From Malacoraja senta (Eukaryota), in the NCBI GenBank assembly GCA_038087875.1, contig CM075978.1:32240001-32304000 (forward strand): a stretch of 64,000 nt of DNA, given 5' to 3'. Shown one piece after another: positions 47,219-60,264 of the stretch. The translations under genes were made by a program, and so were the position numbers. How positions within the stretch are numbered: position 1 is the stretch's first letter; each line of letters opens with the position of its first letter. Below the pieces are notes generated by a model. It was not told the DNA's origin and did not search any database. It saw nothing but the letters and a program-made list of their open reading frames with translations.

Positions 47219-47419
47219 ATGACAGAATTCCGTGTTCATCTCCAGAAATGCATGTTACTGCCCACAGTGCTGTTGTATGTAGCCATTGGTATCTTTGTAG
47301 TATGATATAAGCGTGCTAACAAGGCTGAAATAGCTTGTTGATTATCTAATTCATAATTGAGAAATCGTTTTTTTTTTAATCTTCACATAATTGGGTTAAA
47401 AATTAAATAACTGGCCATG

Positions 47420-47745
47420 GAGTCACAAGGAACAGTAGATACTGGAATCTTGAGCAAGACACAAAGTGCTGGAGAAACTCAAGATAGACACAAAAGAATA
47501 TGGATAGGTCAGAACCCTTCTTCAGACTGATTTTAGGGAGGGGAAAGAAAGGTAGAAGTGTGGATGGGCAGAACAAAGCATGGCACGTCATGGGTGAGCG
47601 CAGGCAAAGGCAGTTTTTGATGGGGGGATGGTTGGACAAAGGTCAGATATGAACACATAAACTGTGAGACAAAGGAATTAGAGAGTTGCAAATTGTGAAG
47701 TTAGAGGATTGACGAGATGAGAATTGTGTAGCTTGGGGGAAGGAA
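47420..47745 (-). mobile_element. Penelope-like element 3' fragment
   Basis: GATACTGGAATCTTGAGC..ACAAAGTGCTGGAGAAACTC..ACCCTTCTTCAGACTGA followed by a purine-rich body. Confidence 0.75.
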
Positions 47746-49399
47746 TGTCCTCAATGACCCCAGCAATGAAGGCAAGCTTACCATATGACTTCTTTACCAT
47801 CATGTGTGCTGCTTCCTTTACCATTGTGCTGCCACCTCCAGTGAGCGATAAACTTGGACGCCAATATCCCTCTGCACATCAACGTTGTTAAGGGTGTTGC
47901 CCTGTATACATTCCCCTCATTATCAGCCTCCCAAAGTGCATTACCTCACACTTACACACGATAAACTCCATCTGCCATTTCTGCCTCGGGATAGGGGGAG
48001 GGAAAAGAGGGATAATAAAAGGAATAAATGACTGGCCATGAGTGTTTGGGTAGCTCCAGTGCTTTTTTTATTAATGTATACACAGGTACGGCATAGGCAG
48101 CTCCAAAGGTTTAAACGCCATTTTTGTTTTCCAGGAAAGTTTATGTCCAGCATATGTTTTTTAATCATGCATACCAGCATCTTTTTGTGTGCAAAAAAGG
48201 CAATGGGTAGATCTATAGCATAACAGTGCATACATTATGCTACATTTGCGACCCTCAATATAATGAGATAATCATTTGAGATTTACAGTAATGAACAGTA
48301 GCAAACCCTCATTATGGGAATTACAAGTAGCATTAAAATCAGTGTGCTGGGGTCATCCATGCCTGGGTTTGCTATCCTGGTCTCCATGATTATTCTCCTG
48401 GCTAATCCAGCTGGTCCTTTCACTATGAAGAATCCAACAAGACATAGCAGGGAGAGCTTGAGTGGCCTAACTCCCAAGGCCCCACCCTGCAGTAACCTGA
48501 CAACCTTTTATTTGCAGTTTGAAATGTCTGATCTTCCGAGGTATTTAAAACAATTCAATTTGTTTTAGAAAAATATTAAAATAAAATTAGTCAAAATACT
48601 TTAAAACACTAATAGATATTAAAATATAATATTAGTAAAAAATAAATAATTTACTCTTTCCTCCTAAATGTAATGTTGAATATCTCCCAGTCGAAAGAAG
48701 GATTTTGAACCCATGCCAGATCTGACTGACTCGGATTGTCGAGGCGCATTTTCCATTTAAAGCTGGGAAATACGAGCAAGAAAGATTTCTGTCATTGCAC
48801 TCTTTGTGGAGCCCAGCAGCAAAACAAAGTGACAGCTTGCTGACATCTGTCCCACTGTGAATTCCACATTAAAAGCAGGTCTGTGTGAGTCCAAGTAACT
48901 GATGGTTCATTTTGGAACTGTTACTCACTGCCAGTTTCATTTCAGCCCAATTCCTTTCAACCGGTCATCTCAATGAACCATTTCAATGCTGGGCTAGATA
49001 TCAAAAAGTGACTGGAAGATGGGTTTAAAACAAAACCCACACGCTAGATTTTAGCCATAGAGGCGTTAACCAATCTAATGTCCTAGGACTCAGCGATTGT
49101 TTTGGCTGCTCATGAAACGTTTCTGTGTTTTTTTAGAACTCAACATTGGTTAATTTCAACCGTTCATAATTGAATCTGGCAAATATCGCCAACACCCTGC
49201 TTCTTGTAGCCCAGCTTACTACTGACCTATTACCAAGAAAGTTCAATAATTGGCTTTGTTTAATTTATTATTTGAAGACTTTGGAAGCATTTTTATAGAA
49301 AATTGAAATAAAAGGCAAGTGGACAAGTTTGTGAACTTGATAACATGCATTTGCTGAAATGCAAACTGCAGTTCTTTTAATTCTTCAAATCTTATGATC

Positions 49400-49536
49400 T
49401 TCTTCTTCTTGCATATGGCGTGCACAGCCTAAAGTAGGACAACTTGTTCTATTTGATCTTATTTGATTGTGCATGCCGGGTTGATTGCATTCGTCATAAC
49501 AGGGCGGACCACGTGAAGGTTGCAATCTTCCACCCC
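49400..49536 (-). mobile_element. Short (AAG)n-tailed retroposon, copy 2, 11-bp TSD (1 mismatch)
   Basis: ATCTTATGATC at 49389-49399 and ATCATATGATC at 49537-49547; homologous to 11024-11164. Confidence 0.9.
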
Positions 49537-49587
49537 ATCATATGATCAATGGATGTGTTTTGTAGCAAATCTCATTAAACATTTCAT

Positions 49588-49864
49588 TATGTTGGGTGAG
49601 AGAGGAAAGATTTAATAGAAACCTGTGCAGCAACTTTTTCACACAGTTGGGTATATGGAACAAGCTGCCAGAGGAGGTAGTTGAGGCTGATACTATAGCA
49701 ACATTTAAATGACATCTGGGACAGGTACATGGACAGAAAAGGTTTAGAGGGATCAGGGCCAAACGTGGGCAGGTGGGACTAGCGTAGAAGGGGCACTTTG
49801 GTCAGCTAGGGCAAGTTAGGCTGAAGGGCCTGTTTCCATGCTGTATGACTTTTTGACGATGACT
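49588..49864 (+). mobile_element. CR1/HER1 3' end
   Basis: GGAACAAGCTGCCAGAGGAGGTAGTTGAGGC...GAAGGGCCTGTTTCCATGCTGTATGAC. Confidence 0.85.
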
Positions 49865-50708
49865 TAATGTTATCCAGAAACAATGATTTCGCAGCTTTTC
49901 CAACGTACATTTTGAGTGCAAGTTTACCTCTCCACTGCAGCTTTCTTATGACAGCTTACTTTATGGTAAAAAAAAATGTTGTCACTATTTGCACAACAGC
50001 CAATCTCCTTTGATACAGAGCCGCTCAACTGCATTGTGATTAACATTGCAGCAAAGCACTTTCATACCAGTTTGTCTTTGAATTTATTTCATTTGTTGCA
50101 TTGATGACATCATAAAATACAATGTAATTTGATAATCATATTTAGCAGTCACAGCAAGTTGCCAAGCAACTGTTAAATTGAACAGTACTTATGACATCGG
50201 CAAAGTCACTTCACTCTCTTCACATTATATGAACTATTAAATTATAGCCTTATTACTCACTCCAATCATTCATAATTCCATGCTTCTCAAAGTTCACTTT
50301 TGACTTTTAGTACCATTATGTAGCGAGCACGCTGAGTGCATTAGAAGCAATGTGGAATGGTTTAAGCATAATAAAGATGATAATGTTAAAGAACCTGATG
50401 GTGTGCAGTGTTGCCAAATGACATAAGTCTTCAGGTTCCATGCAGCAATTATAGTCATCATCCCTTGCAATCCTCTGTCTACTCTCTTGGTGCATTACCT
50501 GGAGGTATAGTATAAGCAACATCACAAATATTAATATTCAGTTTAGATGTATTCATATTGGCATCCTTGATATTAAGCTTTTGCTTTATTGTGATTTTTT
50601 TACAATGTGAAAGTATGGAAAAGGATTCTAATCTCACCTACTAATTGAATGAATTTTGTTTATTCTTTATCCACTTTCACTGACATATTTATTGTTCTCA
50701 TTGTTATA

Positions 50709-51605
50709 TCATTTACAAATGCTGCCGTGAACGTTCCGACAACCGAAAATGACATCACAATGTGATCTCTGCTGCCAATACACAAGCTGTGAGAGTTGAC
50801 GGAGTGGGGGATGGGAGGATAAGAAATGTTATTTAAACATTGTCTTTAGTGGGGGAGTGCGAAACGGGAGAGTTGAGGGAGGGAGTGACTGAGGGTAGCG
50901 AAAAGGAGAGGGAGGGAGGGGTGACAGAGAGACAATGGGATCAGCAGCTTCAAGGGGTGTAAGGAGAGAGTGAGTATTTATCCCGCCCCCCCCCCACTTG
51001 GGAATGATTGACTGGCGCAAGGGAGCACTGACGCCGATCCAAAAGTCGAGTCCATTCATTGGCTTCGGAAAGCGCCGACTGCCCCCCCCCCCCTCCTCAC
51101 CACGTGGGAAGGAATGATTGGCTCCAGGGAGCGCTGATGCCGACCCAAAAGTCAAGTCAATTCGTTGGCTCCGAGAAGCGCCGACTGCCCCCCCCCCCGC
51201 CACGTGTGAAGGATTGATTGCATTGGGGGAACGGGTTGCGTTGGGGAAACGTGTGAGTGGTGGAATATTGCGTTGAGGAAACGGGGCCCAACGGGTCAGG
51301 GGGTAGGGAGGGGAGAGGGGTTATGGAGGGTGGGAGGGAGTGACTGATGGTAGGGAGTGACTGAGGGTAGGGGAAAGGAGAGGGAGGGAGAGGTGAAGGA
51401 GGAGGGAGTGTTGGGGGATGAGGGGAAATGAGCCGCGCCTGCACAGTTGGGGGCTATGGGTGAGTGGTGGAATATTGCGTTGGACGAACGGGTTACTTTT
51501 GGGGAACGGGTGTTGGGGGTGATTGGCTCCAGGGGGCGCCTGTCTCTGGGGTGAGCACCGACGTCACATTTGGGGACCAGCCCTCCCGTGTGACGCCACG
51601 TCTAG
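50709..51605 (+). mobile_element. Second non-autonomous Helitron (G-rich); subterminal hairpin appears deleted
   Basis: Ends CTAG|T (51602-51606); GGGGACCAGCCCTCCCGTGTG (~51572-51592) is the reverse complement of 19991-20011 in the first Helitron; probable start A|TC at 50709 (less certain); internal ~75-90 bp repeats. Confidence 0.75.
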
Positions 51606-52536
51606 TATATTCTAAAATTCTATTCCTGGTTGTTGCCTTAGAGTTTTAGAAAATATGAGCAATTCACCAAGAAACACGAAAAATTACTAATGTCATCCAT
51701 TCTCTTTGGGTTCTGTCCAACCTTGGTAATTCCAATAGATAATTGTGAAAATCTCCAATAAATTAGAACATTTATTGATAACGATGTTTATCTCAATCTA
51801 TCTTAATCACACTTTGTTTAAGCTCTATATTTTTTTACAATCTGAATGTCTTCCTCGATTTGAGGCACATTGCAAGTTTTAGTCTCCATAATTAAGAAAG
51901 AGAAGAAAGAGTCCTCCTGTTTTCCCATCAGTCAAAGGGAGAACCTACCATGGGACTGGAATGCTGGGAATATTGGACTGTGCATGAGGAAAGACTAATA
52001 ATTTGAAAAATGTAATAAAGATGACCCTTATATTTTATATTTGAATGAAGAAAGGGTGAATTCCTATTAGTAAAATCAAAAGAATTAGTTACATAACTAT
52101 AACAAGGGAGCCTTGGCAGTCTGAAAGCGATTGAATATAGCTGTTATTATCTCATTACGAAAACAATAATACGAACAATAATAAAACAATATGTAAATTC
52201 CATTACATATTTAAGGCATTGCTAACTGAGGGGAAACATGCACAAAAGGAATATAAAAGATTTCAAAATATGTTACTGTATGAAAGACAAAAATTGTAGC
52301 TTTCTTGTAAATGGCATTGAAAATAACGCATTAATATGTTTGCTTGTATTTTTAAATACAAAGTTGTGAAGTCTCTTTTTTGGAAAATAAATGGGAACTG
52401 GATTGATGCAACAAATAAATCAATACCTGTTACTATCAATGATTGGCATTCTACAACATCTGAACATTTATTTCCCAGAACTTACAACCTGTATATGATA
52501 AGCAAAGAAATTGAAGGAAACCAGTTCAGAACTTGG

Positions 52537-52650
52537 TGACAAAAGGAATAGCAGATGCTGGAATCTTGCGGAAAGCACAAAGTAATACAATGGGTCAGGC
52601 AGCATCACTCGAGGACATGGATAGGAGGAGTACAGATCGAAACTTTCATG
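52537..52650 (-). mobile_element. Penelope-like terminal repeat fragment
   Basis: GCAGATGCTGGAATCTTG..GCACAAAGT..GGGTCAGGCAGCATC. Confidence 0.65.
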
Positions 52651-53211
52651 GTGAGATTATGTGGCAAACAGCATAATAAAGCTAATTACTAGCATCTTTA
52701 TCTGACTCAGTGACTTGTTACTCAGGATGCAAATTATGATATTTTAAAAATATTTCTCATTATTTATCTTTATGCCAAAAGATAAAATAGACCAGCTGTA
52801 TCTAAATTATGCAAGTGGACCAATTTCAAGTCATTTCTAAAAGGTTCAGCCGAGTGTTTCACGATTCCTACTTTATTTGGACCCATAGATATGCCCAATC
52901 TCTTGGCCTCGGAGTCTGTAGGATAAGCACAGGAATGATGTCAGCTGCAATATTTCTTTAAATCAAAGATTTTCCCAGGTGGATTCCCAGAATGAGGTTT
53001 GTGTGCCTGTAGAACTATGGCCAGCAATGTTAAATGATGGGAGGATAAGAGAGGAAATTGGTAAATAAAATATTTACTTCTATGTTAAGATTTATCCATG
53101 TGGTTAAGATATTTGAATCTGATCATCATCATTCCAAGCATCCGCAGTGCACAATTAATTGACTTTCTAGAACACAACTCCAAAGTCAAAACGATGAGCC
53201 AAACTGTATTA

Positions 53212-53538
53212 ATTTAGTTTTTTTTGGAGATACATATTGGAAACAGCCCTTTGACCTACCAAGTCCCTATTGACCATCGACCACCCATGCACACTAATTT
53301 ACGTTATCCCACTTTCGCGTCCACTCCCTACACATTAGGGGAAATTTTACAAAGGCCAATTAATCTACAAATCCACGCATTTCCAGAATGTGGGAGTAAA
53401 CCAGAGCACTCAGAGGGAACCCACAGGGACACAGGGAGAATGTGCAAACTCCACACATACAGCGCCCAAAATAAGGAATAAACACGGGCCTCTGGTGTTG
53501 TGAGGGAGCAGCTCTACCATCTGCGCAACTGTGCCGCC
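53212..53538 (-). mobile_element. HE1-like V-SINE
   Basis: Same tail, V-domain and head organisation as the other copies. Confidence 0.85.
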
Positions 53539-55759
53539 TTTGTTGAATAATTCAATGTTCCAAAAATTTATGTTACCTTGAAATGTTCACTTCTAACCTT
53601 TACCAACATCTCTTTAATTAGCACAGGAGATAACCATTGCTAACATATCTGATTTATTTGACGTGTACAAATTATTTACCAAGCTGAGTTTTAATAAGGC
53701 TGATTAGCATTTCATACACAGAATTCTATACAAAACAAAAATGCCACTGACTGCACTTAAAGAACAGAGGTTTTTCTGTTCTGGAGGCATTTGATTCAGT
53801 CCTTTATTTAGTTTGATATCAGTAAATAAGAAGGTTTAATACATCTCCATTGCTTTTATAGGCCGCCTCACCATCATCTGCAGTCTTTTTATTGGTAATA
53901 GTGCAATGGTCAACAATAAAATAAAAACAAGGGTCAAGTTAGCTGCTCCCTAAGAGGGAAATTAAAATAAAAAAATGTTGAAATAATAAAGAGAAATCAG
54001 CAAACGTCTATATCAGCCATTGGCCAAGTCTGTTGCATAAAGCCAAAGCACAATTAGTCATACACCTACAGTAATTTCCTGATGCTATACAAAATCTCAT
54101 CTAAAATCAGAAATTGCTATCTCTAAACATTTATTCCACCAAATGCCAGTTAATTGCTGAAACAGTCATTACATAATGAATAATTTTCACTCAGAAAAAG
54201 AAAGAAGGGAACATTTTCCCTTTTTATTCCGTCGGGAAGCTCTATTCACTGAATGTTGAATGCACAGCGTTTCACTGAAACATTTTATTATGCTGTGAGG
54301 TCAAGTATTACACAGCATCTTGTATTTCGCTTTGCATGCTAAGTATTTCACTTCGCCAATTGACCCTTTGGCGTACTTGCTATAGAACCGGCTAAAATGC
54401 CGGACAATTAGCAATACTTTTGTTACCAGTTAACAATCAGAACTGTCAAGGCAAATGATTGCATTTACAGTACTTTCTTCACAAAATTGCTGATTGACAC
54501 ATTCAGCCAACTCAAGACCATATGGCACCAACAGGTATAAGGAGCTTCCTACGAACAATCTTTGAATGTTCATAAACAGTATTCAGCCATGTTTGAATTT
54601 CAAGTTTAAAACCGACTGTACATTTTACCTAATTACACCCATTTGAAGAAAAACAAAGTGCCATGCTTTGTCAGTAAATTGGCAGTTTTACTTGTAATTT
54701 TGATCAGTTTGGTTTTAGTTCAAATTTTAGGTTCATGTTTTCTTGAAGAACAATCATATTTTTCTGGTGGGGTGTGCTAAACTTGGCACTTCTGGAATGT
54801 ATATTTATCATTCACAACAAAAACAGCTTGCAAATTCTGCAAGATCAATGTTAAAGATATTATACAAAGGCGTTTGAAATGTTAAGATTGTTGAACTAAT
54901 GAGTTGGCCATTATCTATACTTAAGAATCTCTCACCCACCCATTGCTGAGGAAAATTATTTTATTGCAATACACTTGGATTTTAAAGGTGATGTATTTTA
55001 GCCTAATATTTAACAAAAGTTATTTCATCATGCTCTTTTTTAAAAAGCTAATTAAAATTGAAAGTGTTTACACAGTGCTCAAAGATAAAATATCAAGGAT
55101 GTGGAAAATAGCTTGCAGACTGGTACAAGTTCCCTGCCAACTCATAAAAGGCATAATTAGCTTTAACTAAATGTAATAAAACATGGTCACAAAATATAAT
55201 GTGAATGTTTCAATTAAACAGTGAATTTACATGTGACAGATGAATAATAATAAGCTATTGTTACATGCAAATGTAAAGCTGTTTTCAATTGGAAAGATTT
55301 CAGGAATGGGCAGAAGACCTCAAAGCAAACACAACAGATTTTGTCCACATCAGACTTCATTTGAACAATGAAAGGGGGGCAGCATTGTATTGTACACTTG
55401 TACAAGTGCAATTTGAATATAAATGAGTAATTCTGTTAATGGAAAATAATCCAAACCCAAATCACGTTAGATAATTACATCGTATGCATTATTTGTAATG
55501 TATTAACTTATACTATAAGTTTCCATTAAATAACATTTTACTTTCCAATTCTGCACTTCCTTACATAAAAAGTATTATGTGTCACAATCAATCAATCAAT
55601 CAATCAAATACTTTATTGTCATTCAAAAATACACCATCAAATGTAAATCTGAACGAAATTTAGTTGCATCTGGCTCACCGTGCAACATAAAATAAAAGGA
55701 TAAAATAGATAAAAAGATAAAATAGATAAAAAGATAAAATAGATGATAGTGGCGGCACA

Positions 55760-57690
55760 TTATATGGAATTCAAGAGTCTGATGGCTCGGGGGAAGAAGC
55801 TGTTGCAGAACCTGGCCGTTCTGCTCCTTATACTGCGATACCTTTTGCCCGAGGGCAGCAGAGTGAACAGTCCATGATGGAGATGTGTGGGGTCTTTTAT
55901 AATGCTGTTGGCCTTGGACAAGCAACGTTTGCACGCAATGTCCCAGATTGAAGGAAGAGAAGGCCCGTTGATTTTTTCAACTGTCCTCACCACTCTCTGC
56001 ACAGACTTCCAGTTGGAGGCTTTGCAGTCCCAAAACCAGACAGAGATGCAGCTGGTCAAAATGCTGAGCTCTTCTCATCCGGCACAGAAAGTGCAAACGC
56101 TGCTGCGCTCTCTTAACTAGTAATGCGATGTTTTGTGACCAGGTCAGACTGTTCGTGATTTGCACCCCCAGGAACTTAGTGCTACTGACCAACTCCACAC
56201 CGATGTCATTAATGTGTAGTGGTGTATGATTGTGCCGGTTTCTCCTGAAGTCAACGATGACTTCCTTTGTTTTGTCAACATTCAGGATCAGATTGTTCGT
56301 GTTGCACCAGTCCACCAGTTGTTTCACCTCCTCCCTGTAAGCCAGTTCATTGTCGTCCCAGATAAGGCCCGCCACTGTTGTGTCATCTGCGTACTTCATG
56401 ATGTGGTTTGTACTAAACCTGGCACAACAGTCGTGGGTCATCAGGGTAAACAGCAGTGGACTCAGGACGCAGCCCTGAGGGGAACCAGTGCTCCGAGAGA
56501 TGATGTTGGAGGTGTTGTTTCCAACCCGCACTGACTGGGGTCTGTCAGTGAGGAAGTCCAGTAGCCAGTTACACAAGAGGGTGCTGAGGCCCAATGGACC
56601 CAGTTTGCTTACCAAGTGCTGAGGGATGATTGTATTGAACGCTGAACTAAATTCCATGAACAGCATTCGCACATGTGTGTTCTTCTCCTCTAGATGTTTC
56701 AGGCTCAGGTGGAGTACGGAGGATATGGCGTCCTCTGTGGAGCATTTGGCCTGTAAGCAAACTGGGATGGGTCAAGTGTGGAGGGGAGTCTGGAGGTAAT
56801 ATGGTCCCTGAACAGCCTCTCGAAGCACTTCATTATTATGGGAGTGAGTGCTACAGGGCGGTAATCGTTGAGACATGTTATTGCAGATTTTTCTTTTGGC
56901 ACTGGTATGATGGTGGCAGTCCTGAAACACGATGGGACGACAGCCTGGTTCAGCGAGGTGTTGAAGATGTCAGTAAGGACATGTGCCAGCTGATCAGCAC
57001 ATTCTCTGAGCACCCGTCCTGGTATGTTATCAGGGCCTGCCGCCTTCCGTGTGTTCACTCCTTTTAGAGTCCTCCGGACATCCACTGTATCAAGACTGAG
57101 TGCCTGTTCATCATAGTGAGGAACACCTTTTCTCGCAGGTGTGTTGTTGAATGCCTCGAACCGTCCAAAATATTTATTGAGTTCATTGAGGAAGTTTATG
57201 TTGTCTTCACAGGGTGGTGGAACAGTCTTATAGTCCATAATTGTTTTGATTCCCTGCCACATGCGCCTGGTGTTCATGGGGTCATGAAAGAAGCTCTGGA
57301 TTTTCTGACCATGGGCACGCTCTGCCAGCCTGATGACTCGGTTCAGGTTGGCTCTTGCGGATCTGAGTGCCACCAAGTTACCGGATTTGAATGCGGCATT
57401 TCGTGCTCTCAGCATTCCACGTACCTCTGGGGTCATCCAGGGTTTCTGGTTGGCCGTATTGTGATGGTCTTGGTGACACAGACATCCTCTATGCACTTTT
57501 CCATGTAAGCCGACACAGACGCAGCATACTCCTCTAGGTTGATGTGTTGATTGTCAGTTGCAGCCTTCTTAAACATGTCCCAGTCCATGCACTCAAAGCA
57601 GTCTTGTAATGCTTTCATAGCTCCCTCTGGCCAGACCCTAGCCTGCTTCACAGTAGTTTTTTCTCTGATAAGCAGGGACCTGTATGCAGG
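55760..57690 (-). pseudogene. Rex1/Babar reverse transcriptase (frameshifted)
   Basis: [44 protein letters not shown] and KFLG spread across ORFs 57433-57651, 56705-57496, 55977-56672 and 55760-56059. Confidence 0.93.
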
Positions 57691-57912
57691 AATAGTAAGA
57701 TTAAATGAGAACTTACCAGTTTGAAGTTTGATCTTTATTTTATGAGGAGTTACGATGAGGGACTACGTGAAGAAGAGCCCGTCCAGCCGCACAAGCGTCA
57801 ATCTTCAAAGCAGCGGTGTGAAATCACAGACAACAATTACTGAAGTATGATAGTAAGATACGTAAAGACTAGAACTACCAGCTCGATCTTTATGAGGGGT
57901 GGGAGCGGAGGG

Positions 57913-58025
57913 CACGTAGTCCCTCATTGTAACTCCTCATAAAATAAAGGTCAAACTTCAAACTGGTAAGTTCTCGTTTAATCTTACTATTTTACTTCGG
58001 AGTCACGTGAGTGACTACGTGAAGA
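57913..58025. repeat. DIRS internal complementary region (ICR)
   Basis: 57913-57988 is the near-exact reverse complement of 57694-57769; 57992-58025 is the reverse complement of 62656-62689; joined by ATT (57989-57991). Confidence 0.95.
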
Positions 58026-58157
58026 TTTCAAAGCTCTGTGATTTCACGCCGTAGATTCAAATCCAGGCGTCTCACTGCATTGATTGACTCTAAATGAGTA
58101 AAGCAATCAACAATGCATAACCACAACATAGATGTAATCAGTTAATGGTTTTATTTA

Positions 58158-59137
58158 TCACAACAATAGTAACCCCTTTATCATAATGGGGGACAATACT
58201 GAATCCAAAACAGCACCACCAAATAACCCAGGATCTGTAATCTCCTTATGGTAATACTTGTGAAACATCCGTTCACTTGCCCATCCTGCGGCCGCGAGGA
58301 TAAGGTCTTTTGGAACGTCCAAATCCTTGGCCACCGATGTTGATGCCGCCCTGGTGGAATGAGATTTAAATTTGTCAGTGTCAATACCTGCATCAACCAA
58401 CACCTGCTTCAGCCATCTTGAAATAGTCTGTACCTACACTTTCTTATGCATTTTTTTATAGCTGACAAAGAATGCTGATTCTGCACCTCTTAAGGTTCTG
58501 GTTGCTTCAATGTAACATCATAAATGTGCTACTACACATAGACGTGGATCCATAGAATATGCTGAAAGAAACAACTTACATCCTGTGAACCCAGGTCTAC
58601 TCTGTTTAAGCAAATCATAGACATAGAATGTAATGGCATCTGCTGCTATTTTCATCCTGTCTATTCGTAATTTCTGAAATGTTTGCACTCTCTGTGCTGA
58701 AACTAGTGCCATGAGCATAACTAACTTCATGGTAATTTTGGCCAATGACAGAGCTTCAATAGGCGTCCATTGGCGAAGGAGCATAAGCACATCTATTACA
58801 TTCCAGATTTCTGTATACCTGGGTCTAGATGGATTGGAATTAAAAATTCCCTTAATAAACCTACAGACCCAAGGGTATGATCCTATAGGGCACTCCTTGC
58901 AGTATTGATCGCACTATAGCTCAAATGCAAATCAAAATAAAGAGTTGACAGAAACTCTAACACATCTGAAATGTCTGCAGTGTGATATGTAATATTCTTT
59001 TGTAAACAAAACACCTCCCATTTCCTTATATAAGAAATGTACTGCTTCTGGGTACTATTCCTCCAGGCTGCCGCCATAACATCCACAGTATGCTCTGATA
59101 ATCCTCTTCCGAGATATGGCCTTCTTAGAATCTGCAA
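58158..59137 (-). pseudogene. DIRS tyrosine recombinase (split into at least 3 fragments)
   Basis: SYSAINTARSAL, ALVSAQRVQ, FKSHSTRAASTS, LAAAGW, FHKYY (R..H-x-x-R..W..Y catalytic set). Confidence 0.92.
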
Positions 59138-60264
59138 ATCAATAAACCAATACGATCATGTAAAGGATGTGAATCACCAGTTACAGTGTGCACAAGCAGA
59201 TTTTCCTGCTTAGGAATAATCATAAGGGGCCTTGTAATCATTTTTAACACCAGAGGGTACCATGGCTGTGTAGGCCAGCCTGGTACCACCAAAACCCCTG
59301 AAGCTGAGTCCTGTTTGATTTTCTGTATACACTGATTAAAGAGGCAAAATGGAGGAAATGCAAATAGAAACATACTATCCCAATGTAGCGAGAAAGCATC
59401 CACCGCTACTGCACCAGGATCAGGTTCTCATGACACATACTTAGGCAATTGGTGGTTAAGTTTTGATGCAAACAAGTCAATCTCTGGCATCCCGAACCGT
59501 GCAACAATTTTATTAAATTTTTCACGATCCAACATCGACTCTGTCTTGTCATTGAATTTACGTGACCTTGTGTCTGCAACTATGTTGAGTCTATCTGGTA
59601 GGTAGATTGCCAAAAGCCAAATGTTTCTGGTAATACACCAGGTCCAGATCACGTTTACCAATCTATCACAAGATTCTGACTTGATACCACCCATATGATT
59701 AACATACGCTACAGCTGTAGTATTGTCAATCTGTACCTGAACATGCACATTTTTCATATTAGAACAATAAGCTTTAAGCCCATAAAATGTTCCTAAAAGC
59801 TCTAGGTAATTGATACCTTGTTCTTGGAGCAAAGGTACTTCCTCCACATTCCATCTAACTCCACAGCTGGAAACAGTATTAGTAGCGCCCCAACCTAGAG
59901 CACTTACATCAGTCTGTAGAATAATGGAAGATGTTTCAACCAGAATTTGTCTGGAAGCATAAGAGACACTGTTAATCCACCATTCTATTTCTGTAATAGC
60001 TGCAATTGGCAATTGCATGGGCCTGTCAAAATGGCCTGCATGTATCCTTAATGCATGTACCTTTGCTCGCTGCAAATGCTGATAATGCAGTGGTCCAAAC
60101 TGTACAGCTGGAAAAGAAGCAATTAATTTGCCCAGCAAGCTTACTACCTGCCTAATTGAGGGTTGGTGCTGTGTAATGAGCCTAATACAACCTTCAATTA
60201 ACTGCAGCCTTTTATCTTTAGGCAAAGTGACTACCATGTGTTCTGAGTTAATGGTAAAACCCAA
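59125..60264 (-). pseudogene. DIRS RNase H + Dam-like methyltransferase domain (in-frame stop at 59428-59430)
   Basis: LQTDVSALGWG, INYLELL, IDNTTAVAYVNHMGG, NIVADTRSR; IDLFASKLNHQLPKY and DAFSLHW..FAFPPF..PGWPTQPWY. Confidence 0.92.

Noticed and set aside
50829-51649. GC-rich ORFs / CpG-island promoter
   Set aside because: Explained by the internally repetitive, G-rich Helitron-like element.
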